Shown here piece by piece: positions 11,200 to 19,841 of a stretch of DNA of 64,000 bases. Position 1 is the first letter of the stretch, and each line of letters begins with the position of its first letter. The notes beneath the pieces were generated by a model. That model was not told the DNA's origin. It made no database searches and saw only the letters and a list, made by a program, of their open reading frames with translations. Made by a program: the position numbers and the translations under genes. Source of the stretch: an uncultured delta proteobacterium (lineage in GTDB: Bacteria; Desulfobacterota; Desulfomonilia; UBA1062); contig CAWCTR010000021.1 in the NCBI GenBank assembly GCA_963798485.1, positions 207,096 to 271,095 of the forward strand, in the 5' to 3' direction.

Positions 11200-11266
11200 A
11201 ACAATTACTATACTGCACTTTTGCAGTATATCACCATTATTATTCGTTGCACAATTGCAGTATATC
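11200..11266 (-). other. attI-like site with direct repeats
   Basis: Minus strand TATAG-TAATT-GTT at the element boundary; 19-bp repeats TGCACnnTTGCAGTATATC at 11214-11232 and 11248-11266; inverted repeat TATACTGCA/TGCAGTATA at 11209-11230. Confidence 0.5.
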
Positions 11267-11530
11267 CGGATATTGAGTGCAAGGCATTATGATGTTATAA
11301 ATATATAAATAACCGATTTACAGCTCTCGCAAATTATAAAAAAGCCCGCTCGACCGCATTACCTAAGAACGCGCATACTCCGTCCCCTAAGGGTGGATTC
11401 ATGTGCGTGTCCCTGGCCCTCTTTCATGTTTCATCGTGCGGATAATCATTCTATTTCATGTTGTGGCGGCAACCATGCCGTTTGAATGGATATTAGTGGA
11501 AAGTAAAAATATAGGTCAAAGGAATCAAAT

Positions 11531-11565
11531 GAGATTGCCACGTTGTCGCCGGCACCTCGCAATGA
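11531..11565 (+). repeat. Isolated REP-like element GAGATTGCCACG...CTCGCAATGA
   Basis: Resembles a widespread extragenic palindrome type; single copy in this window. Confidence 0.35.
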
Positions 11566-11598
11566 ATCTGAAATAATACACTTTCACGCAACTTGGTA

Positions 11599-12720
11599 CT
11601 AGTCCAGCTTCTTATGGAATCTGCCGACAGCCCCGGCAAAGAGGACAAGCCCCAGGATCACCAGCGCGAGATACTGCGGCCAGAGGACATAGAACCCTAC
11701 GCCCTTCAGAAAGATACCCCTGATGATCACGAGGAAAAAACGGAGCGGGTTTAAATATGTAAGCCACTGGACAACCACAGGCATGTTGGCAATGGGGAAT
11801 ATAAAGCCCGAGAGCATGAAGAAAGGCAGGATGAAAAAGAAAGTCGTCATCATAGCCTGCTGCTGGGTGGATGAGACCGTCGAGATGAAGAGGCCTACCC
11901 CCAGAGTGCTCAGGAGGAAAAGGCAGGCAGCAAAAAACAGGAGCACCAGACTGCCTGCAATAGGGATATTGAACCAGATCTTGGCGATGATAGTGACTAC
12001 GATCATTTGGACAATCGAGATCACGATGTACGGCAAGGTCTTTCCTATGATGAGTTCGGTGGCCTTTAGCGGGGTGACGATGAGCTGCTCCATGGTGCCT
12101 TGCTCCCTTTCCTTGATGACTGCTATGGATGTCAAAAGCAGAGATATAAGCATGATTACAAAGGCCACGATTCCCGGGATAAAGAAGTTTTGGCTGTCCA
12201 GATTCGGGTTATACCAAGTTCTTATCCTGGCATCCACATGACCGTAATCCATGCGCCGGCCTTTGAGTTCTCGAAGCATGTTCGTATTGAATGCATCCAG
12301 CACAAGCACGGTGTAGCCGATCCTGATGGATGCCATGTTGCTTATGCTCCCATCGACAAGGATCTCAACAGATGCGCTCTGGCCCTTCCTGATGCGGCTC
12401 CCCATATCAGGCGCGATCTTTATACCGATATCAACCTTACCCTTCAGGAGTAATTGTTCCAATTCTTTTTGATCCTGCGGGTAGTCTGTGATCCTGAAAA
12501 TCCTGTTGCCGTAAATGGACTCAATGAATTTTCTGCTCTCACCGGTATGGGACTGGTCAATGACTGCCACCCGGATGTTCCTTATGTCATAGTTGACAAC
12601 ATAGCCGAAGAGAAGGAGCATGAGTATGGGGGCAATGACCAGCACGTGCCTGTTCCTCTTGTCTCTAAAGAGTACGATGAACTCCTTGCGCACGAGCTCC
12701 CTGATGCGCAGCCAGCTCAC
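11599..12720 (-). CDS. ABC-2 transporter permease (YbhR-like)
   Basis: KEREQGTMEQLIVTP, LSGFIFP, multiple TM helices. Confidence 0.9.
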   Translation of the reverse strand: MSWLRIRELVRKEFIVLFRDKRNRHVLVIAPILMLLLFGYVVNYDIRNIRVAVIDQSHTGESRKFIESIYGNRIFRITDYPQDQKELEQLLLKGKVDIGIKIAPDMGSRIRKGQSASVEILVDGSISNMASIRIGYTVLVLDAFNTNMLRELKGRRMDYGHVDARIRTWYNPNLDSQNFFIPGIVAFVIMLISLLLTSIAVIKEREQGTMEQLIVTPLKATELIIGKTLPYIVISIVQMIVVTIIAKIWFNIPIAGSLVLLFFAACLFLLSTLGVGLFISTVSSTQQQAMMTTFFFILPFFMLSGFIFPIANMPVVVQWLTYLNPLRFFLVIIRGIFLKGVGFYVLWPQYLALVILGLVLFAGAVGRFHKKLD

Positions 12721-13850
12721 AGGCCCTCCCTCTTGAGCATGAGCATATTCATTACCGTAAGGAGCATGAACATGAATGCCAGGACTGCAAAGCTCTGCCA
12801 GAGGCGGAAGAACCCGAGGTTCTTCATATAGATACCGCTCAGTATGTCTATGTAGTACGTGGCAGGGACAATGTACGTGACGAACTGGAGGACCTTGGGC
12901 ATGTTCGTGATGGGGAAAACGAAATTCGATAGGAGAAACGAAGGAAGATAGGTGAGCAGGATGGCACCCTGATTTGCCAAGAGCTGTGATTTTGTAACAG
13001 TAGATATCAGCAGTCCAAGTGCGAGCGCTACAAAGATATAGAGCGACGAGGCCAGGATCATGAGCCAGAAGCTTGCCTTCATGACTACATTGAAAAGCAC
13101 CTGGCCGAGAAATACCGATATGAGGACATCGGTGAGTGTGATGAAAAAGTAGGGGATAGCCTTTCCCAAGAGCAGTTCAATGGCATTTATGGGAAGTGAT
13201 CTGATGGTCTCCATGGTCCCGTTCTCATACTCCCTCGCAATCACGAGCGAGGTGAGTATGGCGCCTACGATCATGATTATCACGGCGATGATCCCGGGTA
13301 TGATGAATTGCCTGCTCTCCAGGTCCTCGTTAAACCAGATCCTGATGCGGCCATCCACCGGCGGATTTATCTTCTCCATGCTGTTTCTACTCAAGAACTT
13401 CAAGAGGAGATTCTGATTATACCCTTCCATAAAGATATTGACATACCCCCGAGCAATGTTTGCAAAATTCGGGTCGCTTCCGTCCATGAGGATCTGGATG
13501 GGGGCTTCTTCATCGGACCTGATCTTGCGTGTGAAATCCGGAGGTATGATCACCCCCAAGGCAGCCGTACCATGGTCAAGATATTCGGTCACTTCCGCTG
13601 CATTGCGCACATACCCCTTCACCTTGAAATAGGTAGAGGCATCCAGGTGCCTAATGAGGTCGCGGCTCATGTCGGTCCGGTCATAATCCACGATAATGGT
13701 TTCCAACTCGTTCACATCCAGGCTTAAGGCATACCCAAAGATCAGGATGAGGCACAACGGGATGATAAAGGCAAGGATAAGGCTCCTCGTGTCCCTGATG
13801 AGGTGGTAGAATTCCTTTTTCATGATAGCCATGATCTTCCGCAGGCTCAT
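12717..13850 (-). CDS. ABC-2 transporter permease (YbhS-like)
   Basis: AREYENGTME, DGSD, multiple TM helices. Confidence 0.9.
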   Translation of the reverse strand: MSLRKIMAIMKKEFYHLIRDTRSLILAFIIPLCLILIFGYALSLDVNELETIIVDYDRTDMSRDLIRHLDASTYFKVKGYVRNAAEVTEYLDHGTAALGVIIPPDFTRKIRSDEEAPIQILMDGSDPNFANIARGYVNIFMEGYNQNLLLKFLSRNSMEKINPPVDGRIRIWFNEDLESRQFIIPGIIAVIIMIVGAILTSLVIAREYENGTMETIRSLPINAIELLLGKAIPYFFITLTDVLISVFLGQVLFNVVMKASFWLMILASSLYIFVALALGLLISTVTKSQLLANQGAILLTYLPSFLLSNFVFPITNMPKVLQFVTYIVPATYYIDILSGIYMKNLGFFRLWQSFAVLAFMFMLLTVMNMLMLKREGL

Positions 13851-14602
13851 GAGGCGCTCCTCGCCATGAGAGAGATAAAGGCGTCATTTAGGTTCGCATT
13901 GGGCTCGTTTGGACAAACCTTTTCAATGATCTCATGCGGGCTCCCTTGGGCCACGATAGTACCCAGGTTGATCATTATGATTCTTCCGCAGTTCTGCGCC
14001 TCGTCCATATAGTGCGTGGTCACAAAGACCGTGATACCCTGACCCGTAATATCCCGTATGAACTCCCAGAAATGCCTCCGGGTGATGGGGTCTACCCCTG
14101 ATGTCGGTTCGTCAAGAAAGAGGATATCGGGTTTATGGAGCAGTGCGCAGCCGAGTGCGAGCCGTTGCCGCCACCCCTGTGGAAGATCTCTGGTCAGGCG
14201 GTTCTTCACCTCCTGGAGTTGGGCCATGTCGAGTATCCATTTTATGCGTTCCTTCCATTCTTCCTGAGGAACGCTGTAGAGGCCGAGGTAGAATCTGATG
14301 TTCTCGAAGGGGGTCATTTCTTCATAGAGTGAGAACTTCTGGGACATGTAACCGATTGAGTGCTTGACCTCCTCGGATTCGGTTATGATATCGTGACCTG
14401 CCACAAAGCCCTGGCCCGAGGTGGGGGTGATGATGCCGCAGAGCATACGGATGGTGGTGGATTTGCCGCTTCCATTGGAGCCCAGGAATCCAAATATTTC
14501 CCCCTTCTTGACCGAAAAGGTGATCTTGTTCACGGCAACGAAGTCGCCGAATCTTTTTTCAAGGTTTTCGACAAAGATCACATCATCGTTTGAAGGTGTC
14601 AT
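13847..14602 (-). CDS. ABC ATP-binding protein (YbhF C-terminal half-like)
   Basis: GSNGSGKS, degenerate signature LPQGW, LDEPTSG, TTHYMDE. Confidence 0.9.
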   Translation of the reverse strand: MTPSNDDVIFVENLEKRFGDFVAVNKITFSVKKGEIFGFLGSNGSGKSTTIRMLCGIITPTSGQGFVAGHDIITESEEVKHSIGYMSQKFSLYEEMTPFENIRFYLGLYSVPQEEWKERIKWILDMAQLQEVKNRLTRDLPQGWRQRLALGCALLHKPDILFLDEPTSGVDPITRRHFWEFIRDITGQGITVFVTTHYMDEAQNCGRIIMINLGTIVAQGSPHEIIEKVCPNEPNANLNDAFISLMARSAS

Positions 14603-15347
14603 GGATGAGTCCCTTGTCTACATTTAAGATGCGCTGGATCATGGCCTCTTCCAGGTTATCATATTGGGAACGGATCTCCTGGGGAGATGCAACGGCTAAG
14701 AGGTGTGACTTGTGCATGAGGCCCAGCCGGTCGCACCTCTCTCCCTCATCAAGATATGCGGTGGAGACTATGATGGTCATGCCATGATCTCGCATCTGCA
14801 GTAGGATGTCCCAGAATTCCCGGCGAGACACCGGGTCCACCCCGTTGGTGGGCTCGTCAAGGATAAGGGCCTCCGGTTCGTGCACGAGCACGCAGGCAAG
14901 CCCGAGTTTCTGCTTCATACCCCCCGAGAGGTTTCCTGCAAGACGATCGAGATAGGGCAGCAGGTTGGAAAACCCCAGATATTTCTCCTTTCTCAGCCTT
15001 CTTTCCTTGCCTCGAACTCCGAAGATGTCCATGAAGAAATCCATGTTTTCCTCAACGGTAAGGTCCTGGTAGAGCCCGAAGCGTTGGGGCATGTATCCGA
15101 TGAGTGGTTTGACCTTCCACCTCTGGCCCGCCACGTCGATGCCCCCCACAAAGATATGTCCGGATGTGGGTTTGATCATGGTGGCGATCATCCTAAGCAG
15201 GGTCGACTTGCCGGCCCCGTCGGAGCCCACGAGTCCGAAGATGGTCCCTTTTTCCACCTCCATGCTCACCTCCCTGACAGCCTCGGTCTGTCCGAAGCGC
15301 ATGGAGACGGCATCTACCTTTATAAAACCGTTATTTGAGGTAGGCAT
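14583..15347 (-). CDS. ABC ATP-binding protein (YbhF N-terminal half-like)
   Basis: GSDGAGKS, LSGGM, LDEPTNG, STAYLDE. Confidence 0.9.
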   Translation of the reverse strand: MPTSNNGFIKVDAVSMRFGQTEAVREVSMEVEKGTIFGLVGSDGAGKSTLLRMIATMIKPTSGHIFVGGIDVAGQRWKVKPLIGYMPQRFGLYQDLTVEENMDFFMDIFGVRGKERRLRKEKYLGFSNLLPYLDRLAGNLSGGMKQKLGLACVLVHEPEALILDEPTNGVDPVSRREFWDILLQMRDHGMTIIVSTAYLDEGERCDRLGLMHKSHLLAVASPQEIRSQYDNLEEAMIQRILNVDKGLIHDTFKR

Positions 15348-16341
15348 CCGCGGGCATCCCTGTCTTCAGCTCGAATGCGGGGTTTGGGAGAGAAACCTTT
15401 ACCAGATAGACGAGCTTCACCCGCTCTTTTTTTGTCTGGATGATCTTGGGCGTGAACTCGGCCTCAGGGGATACGTAGGAAACCAGGCCTCTGAAAACCT
15501 TGTCCTTGAAGGTATCCACCTTCACCTCCACCTTTTGGCCCGGTCTGACATTGGCGATATCGGTTTCATCAACAAATATCTTCAGATCCACGCGTGAGAG
15601 GTCGGACATGGTAAGAACCTCCCTGCCCGGGCTCACCACCTCACCGGGCTCCACATTCCTGCTCGTTATGATACCGTCATACGGCGCGATAAGCTTTGTA
15701 TATCCAAGTTGAATCCTTGCCTGGTCAAGGGTGGCCTTAGCGAGATCGATCTGGGATTGGGCGGAATCTATATCCTTCTTTGTCGTGTCGATCTTTTTCA
15801 GGTTGCTCTTTGATTGCTGATAAATGGCCTCGCTTTCATTGACCTTTGAGAGTGCGTTATCAAAGCCGAGTTTTACCGTATCCCGTTCCTTCTCGGATAT
15901 GACACCCTGCTTGAACAGTTGCTGGAACCTGTCATTGTTTTTCCGGGCATCGAGCATGGTATTGCGCGCCATGGAGACATTGGCCTCGGCCCGCTTGACG
16001 TCGTCAGGAAGTGTGCTTGTATAGATAGTCAAGAGCTGTTCCAGTTCTTCTTTTGCCTTTATTGCCTTATCCAGGCCGGCCTTTGCCTGGTCGAGTTGTG
16101 CCTGATACTCGGCCGAATCGAGTTCTGCAAGCACTTGGCCCTTTTTAACGGCCTTGCCTTCCTCGGCCTGGATAATCGTCACATGCCCTGATGCCTGGAA
16201 GGCGAGGTCGGACTGAATTGCCTCGATGGTGCCGGAGTAGTACATCCCGCCATTCCTGGCCCTTTGCTGTGCAAAGTAAACCAGGGCGCTTACCCCAACG
16301 AGAAGTACGATGAAGACAATAATGATAATCCGCTTTTTCAA
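15331..16341 (-). CDS. HlyD-family membrane fusion protein (YbhG-like)
   Basis: N-terminal TM, coiled coil, AEFTPK, GMPAD. Confidence 0.88.
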   Translation of the reverse strand: MKKRIIIIVFIVLLVGVSALVYFAQQRARNGGMYYSGTIEAIQSDLAFQASGHVTIIQAEEGKAVKKGQVLAELDSAEYQAQLDQAKAGLDKAIKAKEELEQLLTIYTSTLPDDVKRAEANVSMARNTMLDARKNNDRFQQLFKQGVISEKERDTVKLGFDNALSKVNESEAIYQQSKSNLKKIDTTKKDIDSAQSQIDLAKATLDQARIQLGYTKLIAPYDGIITSRNVEPGEVVSPGREVLTMSDLSRVDLKIFVDETDIANVRPGQKVEVKVDTFKDKVFRGLVSYVSPEAEFTPKIIQTKKERVKLVYLVKVSLPNPAFELKTGMPADAYLK

Positions 16342-16372
16342 AATTCTTCCTCCTGTCTGGAGTTGTCAGTGA

Positions 16373-17002
16373 TCACTTTCTCATTGCATTCAGAATCAGT
16401 TTTTCTATCTCTGCAGCGATCTTACCTGAAACATTCTTGTTGAGGTCTTTCAGCTCTTCAGGTACTTGCTGTGCTGCCAGGAGGATAGGTGCAATGGTCT
16501 TGTATATTACCGTTGCCCCGATCGCCATGAAATGAACCAAGAGCGGCGGTGAATCAATGAACACGCCCTCAGACTTCCCTTCTTCAATTATGCCGCTCAA
16601 GGTACGGAATATGGAAAACAGATCCTGGAAAAAAATCTCGGGCAGGTTCTGACCGCCTGAAGCCATCTCCCTCATCATCATGCGTGGAACCTGAGGGTTT
16701 TCATCAAAGGTGTTCGCAAGGGTTTTGAGGTAGGTCTTCATCTTCTCTTCAGGCGTTTTTACCCCCTTGATGCCATCTATCAGCCTTTGGGCGGCAGTCC
16801 CGATTACCTTGTGAAATGCATCTGCATAGAGCGCCTTCTTGTCGCCGATGTGGTAATACAGTGCAGCCTTATTAACCCCTGCCCTGCGGGCTATCTCATC
16901 CACCCGTGCGCCTGCAAATCCCTTTTCAGCAAACACATCCTTAGCCGCCTCAAGGATCCTAGTTACTGTTTCGCACTTCTTCTCTCCTTGTCCGTCTTTC
17001 AT
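16373..17002 (-). CDS. TetR/AcrR-family regulator
   Basis: ILEAAKDVFAEKGFAGARVDEIARRAGVNKAALYYH helix-turn-helix. Confidence 0.92.
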   Translation of the reverse strand: MKDGQGEKKCETVTRILEAAKDVFAEKGFAGARVDEIARRAGVNKAALYYHIGDKKALYADAFHKVIGTAAQRLIDGIKGVKTPEEKMKTYLKTLANTFDENPQVPRMMMREMASGGQNLPEIFFQDLFSIFRTLSGIIEEGKSEGVFIDSPPLLVHFMAIGATVIYKTIAPILLAAQQVPEELKDLNKNVSGKIAAEIEKLILNAMRK

Positions 17003-17030
17003 CGCGTGCTCCAGTGAAAAACCATACTTT

Positions 17031-17062
17031 TAAACTAACCGTTTGGTTTAACCATTTGGTTA
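17031..17062. promoter_or_regulatory. Likely TetR operator (tandem TAACCRTTTGGTT palindromes)
   Basis: TAAACTAACCGTTTGGTTTAACCATTTGGTTA just upstream of tetR. Confidence 0.55.
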
Positions 17063-17170
17063 TATATGGGGCAACGTACTCTTTGTCAATAGTTATAGAC
17101 TTTGAGAAGGCAGAATCAATGGCAGAGGCATGAACTATACTATTTTAAATTTATCTTAATTTTATGATCT

Positions 17171-18112
17171 CTATGCACTTACTGACTCCCACTTCAGCAT
17201 TTCATCAATACGTCTGTCTTTTTCCAGCCACAGTTTATTCATCCATTCCTGAAAATATATACGATAGTGAGGATCGTTGTAGTAGTCACCCATCAGATCG
17301 CTGGTTACCGGCAGGAGTTCCACATGCACCCTTATCTCATCGACCTTGCCGCACAGGTATTCCCAGAAATTTCTCACCCCTTTGGGATACACGATCGTAA
17401 CGTTCAGAATGCTCTGGATCTTCTCACCCATGGCCCCAAGCACTAACGCGGTTCCCCCTGCCTTAGGCCTAAGGAGATGGGCAAAAGGCGATTTCTGCTT
17501 AAGATGTTTTTCAATGCGGAAGCGGGTACCTTCCACGAAGTTGAACACAGACACCGGCATATTCTTGAACTTCTCACACGCCTTCCTCGTGATCTCCAAG
17601 TCTTTGTCCTTCAGATATGGCTTTTTTCTCAACAAGGCATCGGAGTAACGGTTCATGATGGGAAAATCAACTGCCCAGAATGCCTGGCCGATGATGGGAA
17701 GCCAGAGGAGATCTTTCTTTACGAAGACCTTAAAATCCGGAATCTTTCGGTAAAAAAGTTTGACGAGTATCATGACGTCCACCCAGGTCTGGTGGTTTAC
17801 CATGAGCAGGCATGATGTATTGAGGTGGAGTGACTCCACGCCGCGCGTCACTAATCGTGTCTTTGTAAAGAGCGTCTGCGGGAGGTTCAGGAAATAGATC
17901 CATACATCGGCAATGCGATGGAGCACCCAAGAGCAAAAAAACTTCCATGACTTCACAGGGATGATCCATTTTAAAAATGCTACCGTATAAAACGGTATGG
18001 TTACTATAAAGGTATCCACAATAAAGAATAGTAGTGTGACTATACCTCGAATTTGAGCAACCATACGGTTCCACATTCTCTTGTGAGCCCTTTCCATGGG
18101 GAGATCTTTCAC
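17171..18112 (-). CDS. Acyltransferase (YihG/PlsC-like)
   Basis: NHQTWVD, FVEGTRF, LLRPKAGG. Confidence 0.88.
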   Translation of the reverse strand: MKDLPMERAHKRMWNRMVAQIRGIVTLLFFIVDTFIVTIPFYTVAFLKWIIPVKSWKFFCSWVLHRIADVWIYFLNLPQTLFTKTRLVTRGVESLHLNTSCLLMVNHQTWVDVMILVKLFYRKIPDFKVFVKKDLLWLPIIGQAFWAVDFPIMNRYSDALLRKKPYLKDKDLEITRKACEKFKNMPVSVFNFVEGTRFRIEKHLKQKSPFAHLLRPKAGGTALVLGAMGEKIQSILNVTIVYPKGVRNFWEYLCGKVDEIRVHVELLPVTSDLMGDYYNDPHYRIYFQEWMNKLWLEKDRRIDEMLKWESVSA

Positions 18113-18118
18113 ACTTCT

Positions 18119-18910
18119 TTAACACTTTTTGCTCTCGATGTCAGCATGCTTTGACTCTTCCCATATTTGATCCATCTCCTGTAGATTCATTTCTTCGAGA
18201 CTGATACCTCGACTCTTAGACTCCTTCTCGATTGTCTTAAAACGTTTTCTGAACTTGCGGTTGGTTCTCCGTAATGCGGCTTCCGGATCTACCCTGCACT
18301 TGCGGGCAAGGTTCACAACACTGAAGAGCAAATCGCCTATTTCATCTTCCATCGAGTCCGTATTCTTGGAATGAATGGCTTGGTCAAGCTCTTCAATTTC
18401 TTCCCGGATCTTCTCCATCACACCGAGGGCATCCTTCCAATCGAACCCCACCCGGGAAACAATGGACTGGATCTTGCGTGCTGCAAGGATAGAGGGCAGA
18501 GACTTGGGTATCCCGTCCAGGATGGATTCCCTGGCAATCTTGCCCTTCTCACTTTTTTTCAGTTTTTCCCAGTTGCGAATGACCTCTTTTGATGAATTCA
18601 GCGCTACATCGGCGAAAACATGGGGGTGCCTTGAGATCAGTTTATCAGCCAGGCCATTGATGACATCCCTTAGGCAGAACTCACCAAGGTCTCTGGCAAT
18701 AATACTATGAAAGATCACCTGCAGGAGGACATCTCCGAGTTCCTCTTGCATATGAACCTTGTCTTCATTGAGAATGGCATCGAAAAACTCATAGGACTCC
18801 TCAATAATGCACTGGGATATGCTCTTATGGTCCTGCTCTGCATCCCAAGGGCAACCGCCGGGCGCTCGCAACCTTTCAAATATCTGCACCAACCTATCAA
18901 ATTCTTCCAT
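18119..18910 (-). CDS. mazG: Nucleoside triphosphate pyrophosphohydrolase MazG
   Basis: GCPWDAEQ, EELGDVL, RHPHVF, EIGDLLF. Confidence 0.93.
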   Translation of the reverse strand: MEEFDRLVQIFERLRAPGGCPWDAEQDHKSISQCIIEESYEFFDAILNEDKVHMQEELGDVLLQVIFHSIIARDLGEFCLRDVINGLADKLISRHPHVFADVALNSSKEVIRNWEKLKKSEKGKIARESILDGIPKSLPSILAARKIQSIVSRVGFDWKDALGVMEKIREEIEELDQAIHSKNTDSMEDEIGDLLFSVVNLARKCRVDPEAALRRTNRKFRKRFKTIEKESKSRGISLEEMNLQEMDQIWEESKHADIESKKC

Positions 18911-18923
18911 GCGTATTACTGGA

Positions 18924-19397
18924 TTACATTAAACCATTCGACTCAGCCCACAGGGTCTTCTCATAAGAAACTCTTGCCTTTACAGGGGCCTCTTGATGGT
19001 GTGTCATAGGCTGTCTCTTTTCGAGCTTCTTGATCAAACCCGAAAGGCCGATTAAGAGGCTGCCGGCGAATAGGGGAATCAAAAGATCTTCGAGCTGCTT
19101 ACCGGCCTGGCGCAATGCGGCTACATCCCCTGATTGCAGAACCCACATCCCGGCAAGAACCGTTTCCGGCTCAATAGTATGTGCATCAAGACCTTTGGCT
19201 AATGGAAAATGCAAAGAAAAATTATCATTGTCAAAATTATCTAAGGAGATTAAACAGTTCTCCATGAGGCAAGAGTAATCAAGGCCTGTTCTGGATGCAC
19301 TATAGTCATTCAATTGGACTATTGGTTCAGCGCCGGCGGATGCAGCGACAAAAAGCATAGACATACCAGCAATAATCAAAAAAACAATTACCCTCAT
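18924..19397 (-). CDS. Hypothetical secreted or membrane-anchored protein
   Basis: Signal peptide (..ASAGA|E); C-terminal TM LLIPLFAGSLLIGLSGLI followed by KKLEKR. Confidence 0.55.
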   Translation of the reverse strand: MRVIVFLIIAGMSMLFVAASAGAEPIVQLNDYSASRTGLDYSCLMENCLISLDNFDNDNFSLHFPLAKGLDAHTIEPETVLAGMWVLQSGDVAALRQAGKQLEDLLIPLFAGSLLIGLSGLIKKLEKRQPMTHHQEAPVKARVSYEKTLWAESNGLM

Positions 19398-19841
19398 ATT
19401 GCCTTATTCCCCCCTTCAAGATAAGTTATTCATCTCATAATGCCCATAAAACCTGCCTGCTTTTTAAACACCACTCATTTTTCAAGGTTTCCAAAACGTA
19501 ATGAAGTCTCGTTGGAATGCAACACCAGATAAGGAAACCCCTTCTTACAAAAGAAATTGTCTTGCAAAAATCAGGCCTTTAGAATGAACCATGTCAATAG
19601 TCTCATTTCATCATATGAAAGAAATGTGATAATAGTAACTTATGATAAAATCCAGGGCTGCAAAGATTCCTCGCTATTTTTAAACAGAATAGAAAATCTA
19701 TTCTCTTTTTATGAAAACATTTTCTTCATGACGGTAAACATATGAGATTTTCCTTCATATATTCTTATGGCTCAAATTTGGTGTCAGGACACTCTGAACT
19801 AACCGGCGGTATCAGGTGAATGACAGACTTCTCCTCTATTA

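Larger units (their letters stand above)
8663..11202 (-). mobile_element. Two-gene IS91-family element (tyrosine recombinase + Y2 transposase)
   Basis: Imperfect terminal inverted repeats GTTGGACTGTGCCGC (8663-8677) and GCGGCTTAGTTCAAC (11188-11202), 12/15 match; higher GC than flanks by eye. Confidence 0.8.
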
